DNA of 64,000 nt from the human T2T-CHM13v2.0 reference genome, Homo sapiens. Shown here in pieces: positions 25,607 to 38,439 of the stretch (its first letter is position 1; every line of letters starts with the position of its first letter). A model generated the notes under the pieces. That model was given only the letters and a program-made list of their open reading frames with translations. It had not been told where the DNA came from and ran no database searches. The stretch lies in assembly GCF_009914755.1 (NCBI RefSeq), contig NC_060930.1; one strand, 5' to 3'. The position numbers and the translations under genes are program-made.

Positions 25607-25790
25607 GTTAGCCCAGCATGGTGGTGGATGCTTGTAGTCCTAGGTACCTGGGAGGCTGTGGCAGGAGAATCACCTGACCCCAGAAGATCGAGGCAGCAGT
25701 GAGCTATGTTTATGCCACTGCACTCCAGCAGCCAGGTAATAAAGCAAGATCCTGTTAAAAAAACCAAAAGCAAACAACAACAACAACCAC
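25607..25790 (+). mobile_element. Alu right monomer (FRAM/AluJ)
   Basis: ttagcccagcatggtgg...gagctatgtttatgccactgcactccag plus A-rich tail. Confidence 0.85.
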
Positions 25791-26012
25791 AAAAATACCT
25801 TGGAAACATGGGTTTGCATAGTTCCCTTGCAAGGTCCCTTATAAATAATGTCACGTTCTGACAAGCCTAGGAGCCTAAAGATATTTACAAATATGGGCAC
25901 AGTCTGATGGCAAATCCTTGTCTCAACTGCCTAGCTTCAAGAGGGTTTTAAAAGTCTAATCTGAGACTTCTTATAAAAAATTTCCACAAACCACCTTTAA
26001 AAAGTCTATATG

Positions 26013-26145
26013 GGCTGGACATGGTGGATCATGGTGGATCACCCCAGAAGTTTCGGAGGCCAAGGGAGGAAGATCACTTGTGGCCAGTAATTTGATACTA
26101 GCCTGGGCAACATAGAGAAACCCCATATCTAAAAAATACAATAAA
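26013..26145 (+). mobile_element. FLAM/AluJ left monomer
   Basis: ggctggacatggtgg...gcctgggcaacatagagaaacccc; TSD aaaagtctatatg / aaaagcctatatg. Confidence 0.8.
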
Positions 26146-26150
26146 CTATC

Positions 26151-26220
26151 TTAAAAGCCTATATGGCCAATCAATCTTTTTGTTGCAACAGTAAGAGTGA
26201 TTGCCCATATAGGCTTTTAA
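26151..26220. repeat. 70-bp spacer-less imperfect palindrome
   Basis: 35-bp arms, 31/35 complementary, centre TTG|CAA. Confidence 0.95.
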
Positions 26221-26910
26221 ACAATAATCATGTCAAGTAAGATACCAAAACTTATTTTATAAATAAATTGATCCTATTAAAATGTATCTTTAATAGAAAT
26301 GGGGAGCTAGAGAGAGAAAAATTTTATTTCAGCAGAAAACTGCTGTGTGTCTTTTATTAGATTCTAGCCGTTACCATTGTTTTTGAGATTTTATTATTTT
26401 CCTACAGTTGAGACTAGATCCTAAATTATTTCCTGGCTACAATACATCTCTATAGGACTATATTTTAATTTTTTAATGATGTTTTTAGTTGACTTCCAAA
26501 TGGAAGAGAATTTTTTTCATTCTGTCATACAAATTCTCTTTTGATTAGAATTGTTCTGTGCATTATATCTCTACCATGTACCTCTTGTTTTTTACTTCAT
26601 CCAAGAAAATTAACTCGTGGTATTCCAAAGACTGGAGATGATTCAACAAATGACAGCAGCTGTATGAATTAGTAACTTTTCTGAGTTCTCATTTTTGCCA
26701 CCTTGTTATGTCATCCCAATTCAAATTTTGGTGTTCTTAAAATTTCTAACTGAGATGTATTCTCTCCCTCTTACTCCCTCACCATGAGATGGGACCATTC
26801 AGAAATTAGCCTTCCTAATGACACAAAACTAAGTTCCTAAATAAAAAAGGAGCCAAAATCATTTGAGTTCATCCAGTATGCTTTCTTTGAAAGATCCTGA
26901 TAAAAAGGGA

Positions 26911-27668
26911 TGAAACTAAAAAAAAATATCAATTAGCTGGGCCTGGTGGCATGCATCTGTAAATCCAGTTGCTTAGGAGACTGAGCAGAATTGCTTGGAC
27001 CCAGGAGGTGGAGGTTGCAATGAGCTGAGATCACGCCACTGCACGCCAGCATGGGCAACAGAGCAAGACTCTGTCTTGAAAAAAAAAAAAAGAAAAGAAA
27101 AAAGTAATCACCAAAAAGAAAAATATCTCAGAGTAATCTGAGCTATCAGAGGTATGTACAATTTATCAGGCCCAAAGACAAGAGTATGGAACTTCGGTCA
27201 CACCCCCTGCTCTCACGCCTGTGGAGCAAATCCTTAAAATTATTTTTGTGCTTGACTAGCTGCCTCACTCATTATCTTCATGTTTCTGGGATTTGTGATA
27301 TAAAGAATAATGTATAGCCAATCAATAGCTTATGTTATTTCCAGGGGAATTGCTTGAACCCAGGAGGCAGAGGTTGCAGTGAGCCAAGATCCTGCCACTG
27401 CACACCAGCTTGGGTGACAGAGTAAGACTCCATCTCAAAAAAAAAGAAAAGAAAAAAATTGTATATGTTATTTTAATGAAACTTCTTGGTAAACAGCTTA
27501 GGAACTGTCTCTCCTTTTTCCTTAAAATGCACTTATAACTGCTGCTAGTCAGAGTGTATATTCATGGAAACTTGAATATATGTTGCTGGATGGCTATCTT
27601 TAAGCTTTGGGCTTGAATAAACTCTATACTTTGTGATATTCTATAAATTTAATTATTTAAGTTTGACA
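26911..27668 (+). mobile_element. 3' LTR of the ERV1 provirus, with two Alu fragments inserted (26931-27105, 27341-27458)
   Basis: Homologous to 5713-6324; ends AATAAACTCTATACT...GTTTGACA. Confidence 0.85.
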
Positions 27669-27864
27669 ACACCTAAATCATTGATTTAAATGTGTCTTAC
27701 TTCCTCTTGCTGCTTAAGTTTTATGTGGTTTACAGATTACATGTAGTCAAAAGGTACAGTAACTCAAAAATCTCACTATGCACAGTTAGGCTCTTCAAGT
27801 TTAGCTTTCCTTCTAGTTTCTGACTTTTTTTTTTTTCTGGGCTTACTTGTATCTCCCATCCTGT

Positions 27865-28591
27865 TTTATAATAATAAATTGTTAGATCTTTATCTGAAAT
27901 TCTGGACAGGGGTATTCTAAAGTCCTTGGAATTTTCTGAGTGATAAGAGTTTATTTTTTAAGTTAGTGAGGTGACTAATGATGTATCCATAAATAGCTAC
28001 AGGATGGGGGCTGATCACTACAGAGACCAACCATGTAGCGCCAGGGTTGGTTCTTGACCATTTATCTCTGGGGAGGGGAAAGGGGATAGAGATTGAGCTC
28101 AGTCACATAACCAATAATATAATCAATCATGCCTACATAATCAAACCTCAATAAATTTTGAGACACAAAGTCTAAATAGAGCTTCCTGGTTGGTGAGCAC
28201 ACTGATGTGTTGAGAGAGTGATTCTACAAGAAGAAGGAATGGAAGTTCTGCATTTCCTCCCCGATCTCATTCTATGCATCTCTTCACTTAGTTGGTTCTT
28301 GTGATTGTGCACTTTGTAACAAAACTGTAATTGTGAATACAGCAGTTTTCCTGAGTTCTGAAAGTCATTCTAGTAAATTAAACCTGAGAGAGTCATAAGA
28401 ACCTACAAATTTACAGCTTGTCAGTCAGAAATGCAGATGGCCTAGGAACCCCTGATGAGTGGCTGGAATTTGAAACAAGGGTAGCCTGGTTGGGAACTGC
28501 CTGCTTTAACTTATGGGGTTTGCAGTAACTCCAGGTGGTTAGTACCATAATTGAATTGTGATGCACTCAGTTGGGGTTGAAACAGAATACA
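27865..28591 (+). mobile_element. MER21/MER77-like ERVL LTR
   Basis: ccttggaattttctgagtgataagag...aatcaatcatgcctacataatcaaacctcaataaa. Confidence 0.7.
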
Positions 28592-29797
28592 TGTATATAC
28601 TAGCTACTATTCAAATATATTATTCATATTTTAGATTTCCTCCCTTCTACAGCTGCCTCATTTTCAGAATCCTCTCTTTTTAAGTTTCCAGCTGTCCTAC
28701 TGCTCTAAGTCCTGTCATCTTCCCCATGATCCAGTTTCCCACAGGAAGAGTTAGAGAGTGGGAGTGGTGGGTCCTTGAGTGCCTCATGAGAAAAAAAACA
28801 GTAAGCCCACAGTTTTTGTAGAAGCAGTAGCACTCTCTTCATAATAATCTCCTCTTATTTTCCTCTCACTTTTTCTTGGGTCACTTTCCATTACCTTCAA
28901 ATATTTGTTTTAACACTTTTGCCCAGTTTCTATAAGTGTTTTTTCTAGGAAGAATTGTCTAAGGTCTTCATGTCATTTATTTACACCATCAGAAATAGCA
29001 GGAACAATTTCCAGAAACCTGGTTATTCTTATCCAATTTTTTTTTTCTTTTCTATTTGCAAGCTACTTCTATGTTCCCCTATACTTAATTTTTCAAAAGA
29101 CTAATAAATATTTAGGATTTCTAAAAATGAATGCTAGAAAACAGGAATGGTGGACAAAGTTTGCAATAGAGGAGGACATTCTATCCATGGAGATCACTCA
29201 CTAAGTTGCCCAAACTCTGTCATCTCTTATTGTATCTTCTAAATAATTAAACAATGACCTTCCTCCTCTTTTGTCTAGATATTAACTTAGAATCACTGTG
29301 TCTGGAAGAATGGTTCTCGCTAGCTTTATCTGGCACAGAAATGGATGTGGGATGAGACAAATATAAATGTACTTAAGCATTAACTTTTCCCCACTTCATC
29401 AAAACTCTCCTTTTGGTAATTCTTTCAAACAAGTTTTCCAACACCATGGAGAGCAGCAGATAATAAAATTACATACAGAAAATTACTTAATGTTCCCTTA
29501 GTGTAGCTGAGTGTTCTTATTCTTGTTATATTGTTGTTATATTGTAGTTATGCATTTATAAGCATGTTTTTCATTATTGTTTTATAAAGTCAGTTTGAGT
29601 AGAATCCAGGTTTTACCATCTATATTTTTATAGCCCCTGAGACAGAGCAGCTAGCACTGAGGTGCAGAGAAGAAAGAAATAAGAAAAGGAAAGAAGAAAG
29701 GAAGGAGGGAAGGAAAAGGAGAGAAAAGCAAAGGAAAGAGAAAGCAATGAGCAGGATGAAGAATAATTGTCTTCAGATGAAAATCTGTAAAGAGTTT

Positions 29798-30364
29798 TGT
29801 TTCAATTATTTATTGCTGCATAACAAACTTTCTTAAAATATAGTGCCTAAAACCAATCAATAGTTAAATATTTATTTGCTCATGATTTTCAGTTTCTTCA
29901 GGACTCAGCAGAGACAGCTCATCTTTGCTCCATGTCTTCTTGGCTGAGGGCTTATTTGACGCTGGAGAACTCAAGATGGCTGCCCTCACCTGTCTGACAC
30001 CTCAGTTTGGACGTCTGGAATGGTTGGAAGCTGGCTGGACTATTCTCTCTTTTTTTTCTTCCATTCTCCATGGCTTCTTTATCTTTGTAGGACCTCTCTC
30101 CAGCAGGCTAGTTGTTTTTCTTGGCTATGTGGCTGTTTTCCAAGAAAAAAAAAAAAGCGGGACACTTCAAGACTTCTTAAGACTAAGGACTGAAAATCTC
30201 AGAATGTCATTTTTGGCATATTCTATGAATCAAGAGAAGTCACAGGGCCAGCTTGGCTTTAAAGAGAGGAGTAAAAGATTCTCATCTCTTGCTGGGAAGA
30301 ACAGCATGTACACGCCAGTATGGGAGGATCTGTTAACAGCTGCCTTTGAGGACAATCTACTACA
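29798..30364 (-). mobile_element. MLT1 (J/K-like) MaLR LTR
   Basis: ttattgctgcataacaaac...tttatttgctcatgatt...gacaatctactaca. Confidence 0.75.
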
Positions 30365-32114
30365 GTGTTAACAGCCTATTACTGGAGTATCATAGAAAAC
30401 TATTTCGAAAATTTAACTTAGAAACTATAACTCAGCATGCCTAGTTCATTAGTAGTTCCTAGTTCATTACTTTTTAAAGAGCACATTATAATATTTGCTT
30501 TAATACTTCAGCTTTGACTAAAAATTGTTAATCAAATGTGTCCTGAAACCATTTCAGATCGCATATATTATGTCCAATGGCATCCATAAACGCTTACAGA
30601 TAAACTATAAAGTGTTGTAGATAAATTGTGAATTACCATATCTATATAAAGCTAATCACAAAACTAGATGACCAATGATTGAAACAGGGAGCTAATGTAT
30701 AGAAAGTACACAGATAGTCCTTCTTTCCTTCTAAGCTTACAACCTTAGCCTATTTTTCTGTAGCACAGAGCTAGCTGAAGGGTTGTGTGAAAGATCATTT
30801 TAATTGTAATAGCATTTGTTTTGTTTTGAAATGTAAGCTATAATCAGATTGGTGTAGATGAATTTTGCCTATATTTAAATGGTGAGGTTTGTAACAGAAA
30901 ACCTAAGATAAAAAATTGACATCATTTTTTCTCCTTTTATTGTTTCAGTTCATAGTAACAATAAAATTTGCTATATCAGTAAAAGGAACTGCACACCCCT
31001 AGGTTTTATAAAGATTTGTAAACATATGCTATGATAGATGCATTTCAATCATCAAATCAGCACTTCAGTCAGAACCAATATGATGTATTAAGATTGACTT
31101 TCTTTCATGAGCACATATACCATGAAGGTTCAGGGAATTTATCTAGTATAGAAGACTGTTAAAAGGGAGATGACAGCCCACGAATTAATATCCATTAGTG
31201 GTCATCCATATGGTGACAATGGATATTAGTTGTGGTTTTATTTTATAATTTAAAAGAGGATATTAGAAAAAAGTCTAGTAAATTATTTAAAATTGTTTTT
31301 GTTTCAGAAGCTTTTTAAATGAGATTTCTGGTGGTAATTTATAAAGATTAAAATATGCTCATTTAGAGGCTGTATTTAATAAGTTAAAGCCATTAAGAAA
31401 TTAGAAAAGTCTGAACAGGCTATGTTGTCTCTGGTGATGTAAATGTTTATTAATATGTTTATTTTTAATACAAAAGGATTCTGCAGATAATTTTGTTAAC
31501 TTCACTGTTTTTAGAATTCCACATTTATTAGGAAGATATTACTTCAAAGTAAAAGCTTATTCAACAACCTCGTTTACATTTTCCTTGCTTTTGGTAACCA
31601 AACCACTGAGCAAACAAAAAATAATAGGTTGATAGTACAGGCTATTTCTGCTTGGCTGCAATTGCCGGAATTTCTATTTCAACTCCTTTCCTCTCAGAGT
31701 GTTGCCACTAATGTGACAATCAATCCATCTGTGCTTCTAGTTATTAAAGAGAATCTGACAACCCCTTTAATCAATCACCTTGCTGTGAAAGGAAGTGGTG
31801 AGAAGGTTGAGGGGAGAGGTGAATTACCTCAAATCTAAGGTTGGTAATATTGTTTGCAGAGGGGAAGCACCCTGAGGAGTCTGTAACCTAGGGTGAGTTA
31901 CTATTTGTCTCCTTCAATTTTTTCTTTATTTTGAAATGACCTTGAACACATATCAGATAATTCACACAGTCCCATGAGCAATAGCCTATTTCCTCAAAGC
32001 TTTTAGGGTAAGAAGCACATTAACTCAAGGTAATGCATTTTATTTGTAACTGCTTTCCACAGTTTAACTTTACTTAGCTTTTAGGTGACCTCTTAACCTA
32101 TAATTTTTCAAAGA

Positions 32115-32116
<2 letters not shown>

Positions 32117-32158
<42 letters not shown>
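32117..32158. repeat. (GT)n microsatellite
   Basis: About 20 perfect GT units. Confidence 0.97.
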
Positions 32159-32161
<3 letters not shown>

Positions 32162-33034
32162 GAAGCACCTTTCCAGCCAGGGGACCTGGATTTTCTTTTG
32201 ACTTTTCATTTTCATTAGGACCCTAATCACAAGGAATCATGAATATACTTATTACCTGACCTTGGTAACTTAAATGCTCTCATTTGGCTGTCATTGATTC
32301 ATTGATACTACCCTTAACTGTCCATAAATAATTTTATCCACTCTAACCCCCAACACATAATTCTTACTGTAGATGTCCAAGTCTTCTTCATATTGCATAT
32401 ATAATCCATTTCAATTTTCACCCCCTGTATGTCTTCGCTTTTGCTATTCCCCTAGGTTTGCACTTGTCTGAACTCTTTTATTTATTACTCATGCAAAATG
32501 TGCCATTTCTCCAAAGTCCACCTCAGCCTTTCTAACATCACGATCTCTTCCGATGAACACCACAGCTTCCTATCCCCTCACAATATTTATTTTTTCTGAA
32601 CTAAAGTAATTGAACTCGTTTAACAAATGATCATATAACGCTGTATTTAAGTTTCTTATGATATTATATCTGTCGGTTTGTCTTTCAAGGTTGTACATTT
32701 GCTGAAAATGAGGACTACATTCCTGTAACATATATTAGGGAATTAGGGTCCCCAGGGTGCTCTATAACTCTTTCCTGATTGATTTCTGCCAGTCACTTAA
32801 TAATTAACAGAAAATAAATATTTTTTCTCACTATATTTGAGTCCATAACTTACTTTGAAGTGAAAAATGTCTTTCCTCCTATATGGTGGGCAAGAAGAGT
32901 TTAAATTTGTTTTTTTGTTGTTGTTGTTTTGTAATAGATCATATTTTAGACATATCACAGGCAAGATCATTTTGGCATATTTATAGATTTATTTATATTA
33001 CTGCTTTTGTTTGCCACTATTGTTTTTTAAAATT

Positions 33035-33340
33035 TTTTGTTGTAGTTGTTTTTGTTTTTGAGACAAGATCTCACTCTGTTCCCCAGGCTAGAGTGCAGTG
33101 GTATGACAATGGCTCACTGCAGCCTCGACCTCCCAGGCTCAAGCAATCCTTCTACCTCAACCTCCTGCGTAGCTGGGAATACAGGCATGTGCCACAACAT
33201 CTGACTAAATTTTCAATTCTTTGTAGCAATGGAGTCTTATTATGTTGCCCAAGCTGCTCTTGAACTCCTGGGAGCAAGTGATCCTCCCACCTCAGTCTCC
33301 CAAAGTTCTGGGATTACAAACATAAGCCACTGCACCCAAC
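33035..33340 (-). mobile_element. AluJ
   Basis: Antisense Alu (ggctcactgcagcctcgacctcccaggctcaagcaatcc). Confidence 0.92.
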
Positions 33341-33584
33341 ATGCTATTATTATAATGCCCTAATATTTGCTAGACTGTCTTAATTAAATGAAATTCCTAT
33401 TCCATTATTGATATGCAAACATTTCAGTGGCTGTAACATCATAGCTTGATCTTTGCTGTTTCTATTAAAAAATGATTTTTATTGCGTATGGACAATAAGT
33501 TGGGATAAGAAGAACTCTGATCTAATTTTAATATTTGTGATTTAACCCACTCTAATTCTGATTCATATTTTCTCTTCTTATCAG

Positions 33585-33684
33585 GTCTATAAGACCATGA
33601 AATACACTAGCAAAACTGGTAAAAAATGACTAAAATAAAACTGTTCTCTAAGAGAAACACTTCACTCTAGGACATTATGCTATG
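33585..33684 (+). other. Candidate 100-nt non-coding internal exon
   Basis: Acceptor ttcatattttctcttcttatcAG with upstream ctctaat; donor ATG|GTAAGT; stops in all three frames. Confidence 0.35.
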
Positions 33685-33960
33685 GTAAGTAAGAAGTCTA
33701 TTTAAAAATGTGATTGCCATAGCTCTCTAAGTAACGCTTCATAATATAAAAAGGCACTCTGATTTGCTTTTATAAAGCAGAATTTTTCTGGCAATAGGCA
33801 AACGGCAACACCAAACACAAAACTGCCCCCAAATTTAACATTCTAGTACCAAACTGAAAATATTACCTATTGCTTGTTTTTAAAAAGCAAATAGCTGTTA
33901 AAAGTAATTGTTTTATAAATGTAATTGAGAGCATTACTAAGAGTGGACAATAAAATGTAT

Positions 33961-34038
33961 AGCTGATCACAAGCTTTATGTTTTTGGGTAACAGCCCCAG
34001 CTGATCACAAGCTTTATGTTTTTGGGTAACAGCCCCAG
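33961..34038. repeat. Perfect 38-bp tandem duplication
   Basis: agctgatcacaagctttatgtttttgggtaacagcccc twice, followed by ag. Confidence 0.97.
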
Positions 34039-34922
34039 TTAACTCATATGGATGTCTACAATTAGACATTGATTGGCAGCTGATTGGTATGTGAAGGGAC
34101 AGGGAAAGCTCATTTAATCAGAAAAATCATGTTGCTTATACTTCCAAATGAAACAATATTTCAGCAGGTTGAGTTCTTGGAATTGATTAGGAATTAGAGC
34201 AAATAAATAGAAAATTTCTCAGACAATTAAGATTTAATGAGGCCCTTCATCACCCCACTACACTAATGTGCTTGTCCTTGTTAACTTTGCCCTCCTTCTG
34301 CCCTCTATGCCTCATCAGAGTTTTAATAAATATGTGCCACTGCCCAGCTTTAGACTCTGCCACAGTGGTTCTCAAAATCCTCATAGGCATTGGTTGTGTC
34401 AATGTCCTCAGGTTAGAATTAAGTATCCATCTTTCTCTGGGTGTCCATGGTCCATTCTGATTATGGAAGTCCCTGCACGTTTTCTGTTTCCTTCCTGCTT
34501 TAAAATCTGCTTCTTCCTGAGATGGCTTGTGGGTACCTGCATGCCTTTCTTTCTCAAACGCATTGCTTACCTCCCTACAAAAATTTTTTCTGCCATTTTT
34601 TTTTTCTTGCACCGTAATTAGAACAAATAATTAAGTTCTTTTCTGGTGTTAGGGCACTAGCAAAGAATGACTCTGAAGCTATTTTCTTAATATGCATCTC
34701 CAAAGCGGATTCTGTCCTTCGGTGCAGATAGTTTTAGGCACAGATGGAAGCCTGGCTGTCTACCTTCAATATTTTGTCTTCCTGATTTAACACCCACTTC
34801 TGGAATGGTGATAGAGACCCTTGTTCTCTGTGGATTATAAAACTATGTCACGTCATGCTATTTTTCTACTAGTCAGTGGATAGATATCAGAAATTTTTTT
34901 TTTTCTTTAAATAGAGAAATCT

Positions 34923-35271
<349 letters not shown>

Positions 35272-35304
35272 TTAGATTTATTAAGCATCTTCCCATGTAA
35301 AGTT

Positions 35305-35946
35305 ACATTAGGACTCAGAAACCCAATACCCCCCATATATGACATTTTGACATGCTGAACTAAAGAAGCCTCAAGGTCTTTCTGACCAACCTCCTTCACC
35401 ATTTCCCCTAGAGAAGCTAAAAGGTTTTTTTTTTTGTTCGTTTGTTTGTTTTTTTGTTTTGTTTTTTTAATCTGCTAAGATTCAGACCCACTAAGGAAAA
35501 CAATTATATTTTATTTCCTCTCCCTGTTAGTTCACTATCTACTGCAGATAGAAGACCAAGATGTGAGCACACCTCATCAGAACTTTTCACAAGTACAATA
35601 ACTGTCTTTAAGGACTATTTAAATTTCAAAGACTACTGTTTCCAAGTTAATCTCTGTTCTCTGATCTAATCATTCTCCCTAGCAATTATTTATTGCCCCT
35701 CAATAGACTTCCTCTTCTCCTCCCTCCCATAACCTGCCTTACCAGGATAGATGTCGTCATTGTTTCTGTAACCTCCAAATGGTATGTAAGTTTCTGAAAC
35801 TTACTGTGAAGTTGAATCTTTATTCTGAGGGCTCCTGTGTATACACGTTAAGCAAATTTGTGTGCTTTTTCTCCTATTAATCAATTTACTTCATCCCAGT
35901 GGTTTTTCGGTGAACCTTTAGGAGGGAATGGCTATGGCCTCTACAG
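35305..35946 (+). mobile_element. MER4-group ERV1 solo LTR (LOR1/MER72-like)
   Basis: ctcagaaacccaatacccc...gacatgctgaactaaagaagcctcaagg; cttttctcctattaatc; ends ...cctctaca. Confidence 0.65.
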
Positions 35947-36061
35947 TTGATATAATGAAATTTTCTTCAAGGATTAAGCCAGATGCCTCTCCTATGTCCT
36001 CTCTTTAAAGTGTGTCTTTGGAAACAAAACAATCCCAATGAGAGATACAACCTTTTATAAT

Positions 36062-36793
36062 AGCATGATGGGTTCCTGTTCCCTGCTGCACAGATAGGGC
36101 CAATTCAGAGAAAGCAGTATTTCAATCAAGAAAGAGTTTAATAAACTCAGCTAGCCAAATGGAAAGACAGGAGTCTATTACTCAAGTCAGCCATCCCAAG
36201 AACTCTGAGGCTTTTATGGATAACTTGGTAGGCAGGGGGCTAGAGAATGGGTGCTGCTGATTGGTTGGGGTGTGGAAAATGGCCCTGATGCATTGAGTCA
36301 GCCTCTGGGTGAGGGCCACAGGACCAGCTGAGTCATGAGTCTTTGGTCCACATGGAGTCAGTTGTTCACCAGAATACAGAAGTCTAAAAAAAAAAAACCC
36401 TGAAAGACCAATCTTAGGTTCTACAATGGTGATGTTACCAATACAAACAATTGGGGAAGCTACAAATCTTGTGACCTCCAATGCAGTAAACAGTTATAGA
36501 AAAGCAAGCTATGCCTACATCTTAGCAGAATTCAGGCCTGTCCCATAATCCTAGTCTTGTGGACTTCAATAAATCTTACAAAAGTGGTTTCAGAACAAGG
36601 AGGGGGTCAGTTTTAGGGAGAAACTATTATTATCCTTCCTTCAAAGTTAAACTGTAAACTGAATTCCTTCTGTGGTTAGCTTGGCCTACTTCTAGGAATG
36701 AGTGAGGACAGCCAGCCTCTGAGGCTAGAAGCAAGATAGAGTCAGCCATGCTAGACTTCTCTCACTGTCATAATCTTTGCAAAGGTGGTTTTA
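36062..36793 (-). mobile_element. LTR8A/B-like solo LTR
   Basis: Minus strand begins aaaaccacctttgcaaagattatgacagtgagagaagtctagcatggctgactc. Confidence 0.85.
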
Positions 36794-37118
36794 TTTCTAT
36801 TTCTCGTATTTTCTGGTCTCTTGACAAGTTCTTTCATTCTCTGCAGAATTATTAAGCTAAGGCAATTTAATTCAGTAAATCCTTCTATCTTTTTATTAGC
36901 TATAACAAAGATTGTGGGGGGAGGTTGAATGAGCTTGCTAAATATTTCATGGATGGTGATTATGAGTGCTTTTCAATACTAAATTACTCTGGGGAGTTTT
37001 GGTGGATTTCAGTTATTAGTGGCTACTCTCTGAATGCTCTCTTACATTGAGTTTAGTTAGAAAACCAGAGGGAAAGGCATGCCTACATCTTAGAATTCAG
37101 TCTTGTTCCATAGTCCTA

Positions 37119-37930
37119 CCCATTAGGATGGCCAGAATACAAAACACTGACAATATCAAATGCTAGTGAAGATGTGAAGCAACAGGAGCTCATGCATTGC
37201 TGCAGTCATACTCCTTAGTATCACCCAAATAATTTTAAAATGTATGTCCACACAGATAATGGCACACAAATGTTTATAGCAACTTTTTTCATAATTGCCA
37301 AAATTTAGAAGCAACCAAAACTCCTTTTGATCAGTGAGTGGATAAACTATAGTACATTCATACAATGTAATAGTACACAGTGATGAAAAGAAATGTTATG
37401 AGATCACAGAAAGACATGGAAGAACATTGACTACATAATGGTAAGCAAAAAAAAAAAAAAAAAAAAAAAAAAGCCAGTCTGAAAAGGGTGCATTCCGTAT
37501 GATTCCAGTTGTAAGAAATTCTGAAAAAGGCAAAACTATAGAGGCCATAAGAAGACCAGTGGTTGCTAGGGTAGCAAGGAGAAGGAAGGGATAAATAGGT
37601 AGAGCTTAGGGGATTTTTAAGGCAATAAAGCTCTTCTACATGATACTGTAATGGTGGAAACATGACATTATACATTTACCAAAACCCATAGAACTGTGCA
37701 ACACAAAAGAGTGAACTGCAATGTAAACTATAAACTTTAGTTGATAATGTATTCATATTGGTTCTTCATTTGTAACAAATGTATCTCACTAATGCAGGAT
37801 GTTAATAATAGAGGTCACTGTGTGCAGAGGGAGAGGCAGAGGCAGTATGTAGTTACTCTCTATACTTTCTGTTCATATTTTCTGTAAACCTCACACTGTA
37901 AGACATAAAGTCTATTAACTTTTAAAAAAT
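37119..37930 (+). mobile_element. L1MC-like 3' end
   Basis: cccattaggatggc...aatgctagtgaagatgtgaagcaacagg; 3'UTR ending ctgtaaacct...ataaagtctattaa. Confidence 0.85.
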
Positions 37931-38439
37931 GAGAGAGAAAAAGGAAAATAAAAAAGTTAGAAAAATATTGCCTATTGCCTCATCTCAGTGTGAAAAAACC
38001 ATTATTCAACAGTGAAAACTCAAGTGATAGATATATAGTTATTAGCTTGATTACAAAAGTGCACTTTAAAGTATAGTATAGTGACTAGTACCGAGTTTTT
38101 AAGGAAGAGGAGGAAACAAAAAACAGAGAAAACATTAATTTTATCATTGTTTACATTACGAAGTCTTTAGAGCAACTATAGATTAAATACATATACACAC
38201 TATATATATGTGTGTGTGTATACATATGCTATATACTATGTGTGTTATATGGTAACATTACTGTATACACAAAATATAAAGTGATCACAAAGCTAACCCC
38301 TAGTATAAATATACTTATTTTCTTAAATATTAGATAATTCAAATACGTGTGTGTGCCTGTGCATACACACAAACATACACACACTACACAAAGAAATGAA
38401 CCATATTAGGAAAAGATGATAAACATGATCCAAACAAAA

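Noticed and set aside
29925-30371. 148-aa ORF
   Set aside because: Non-ATG start, lies antisense within an MLT1 LTR, no recognisable domain.
34250-34621. Three overlapping ORFs (64-120 aa) in non-repeat DNA
   Set aside because: No domain similarity I can recognise and no convincing exon structure; expected by chance.
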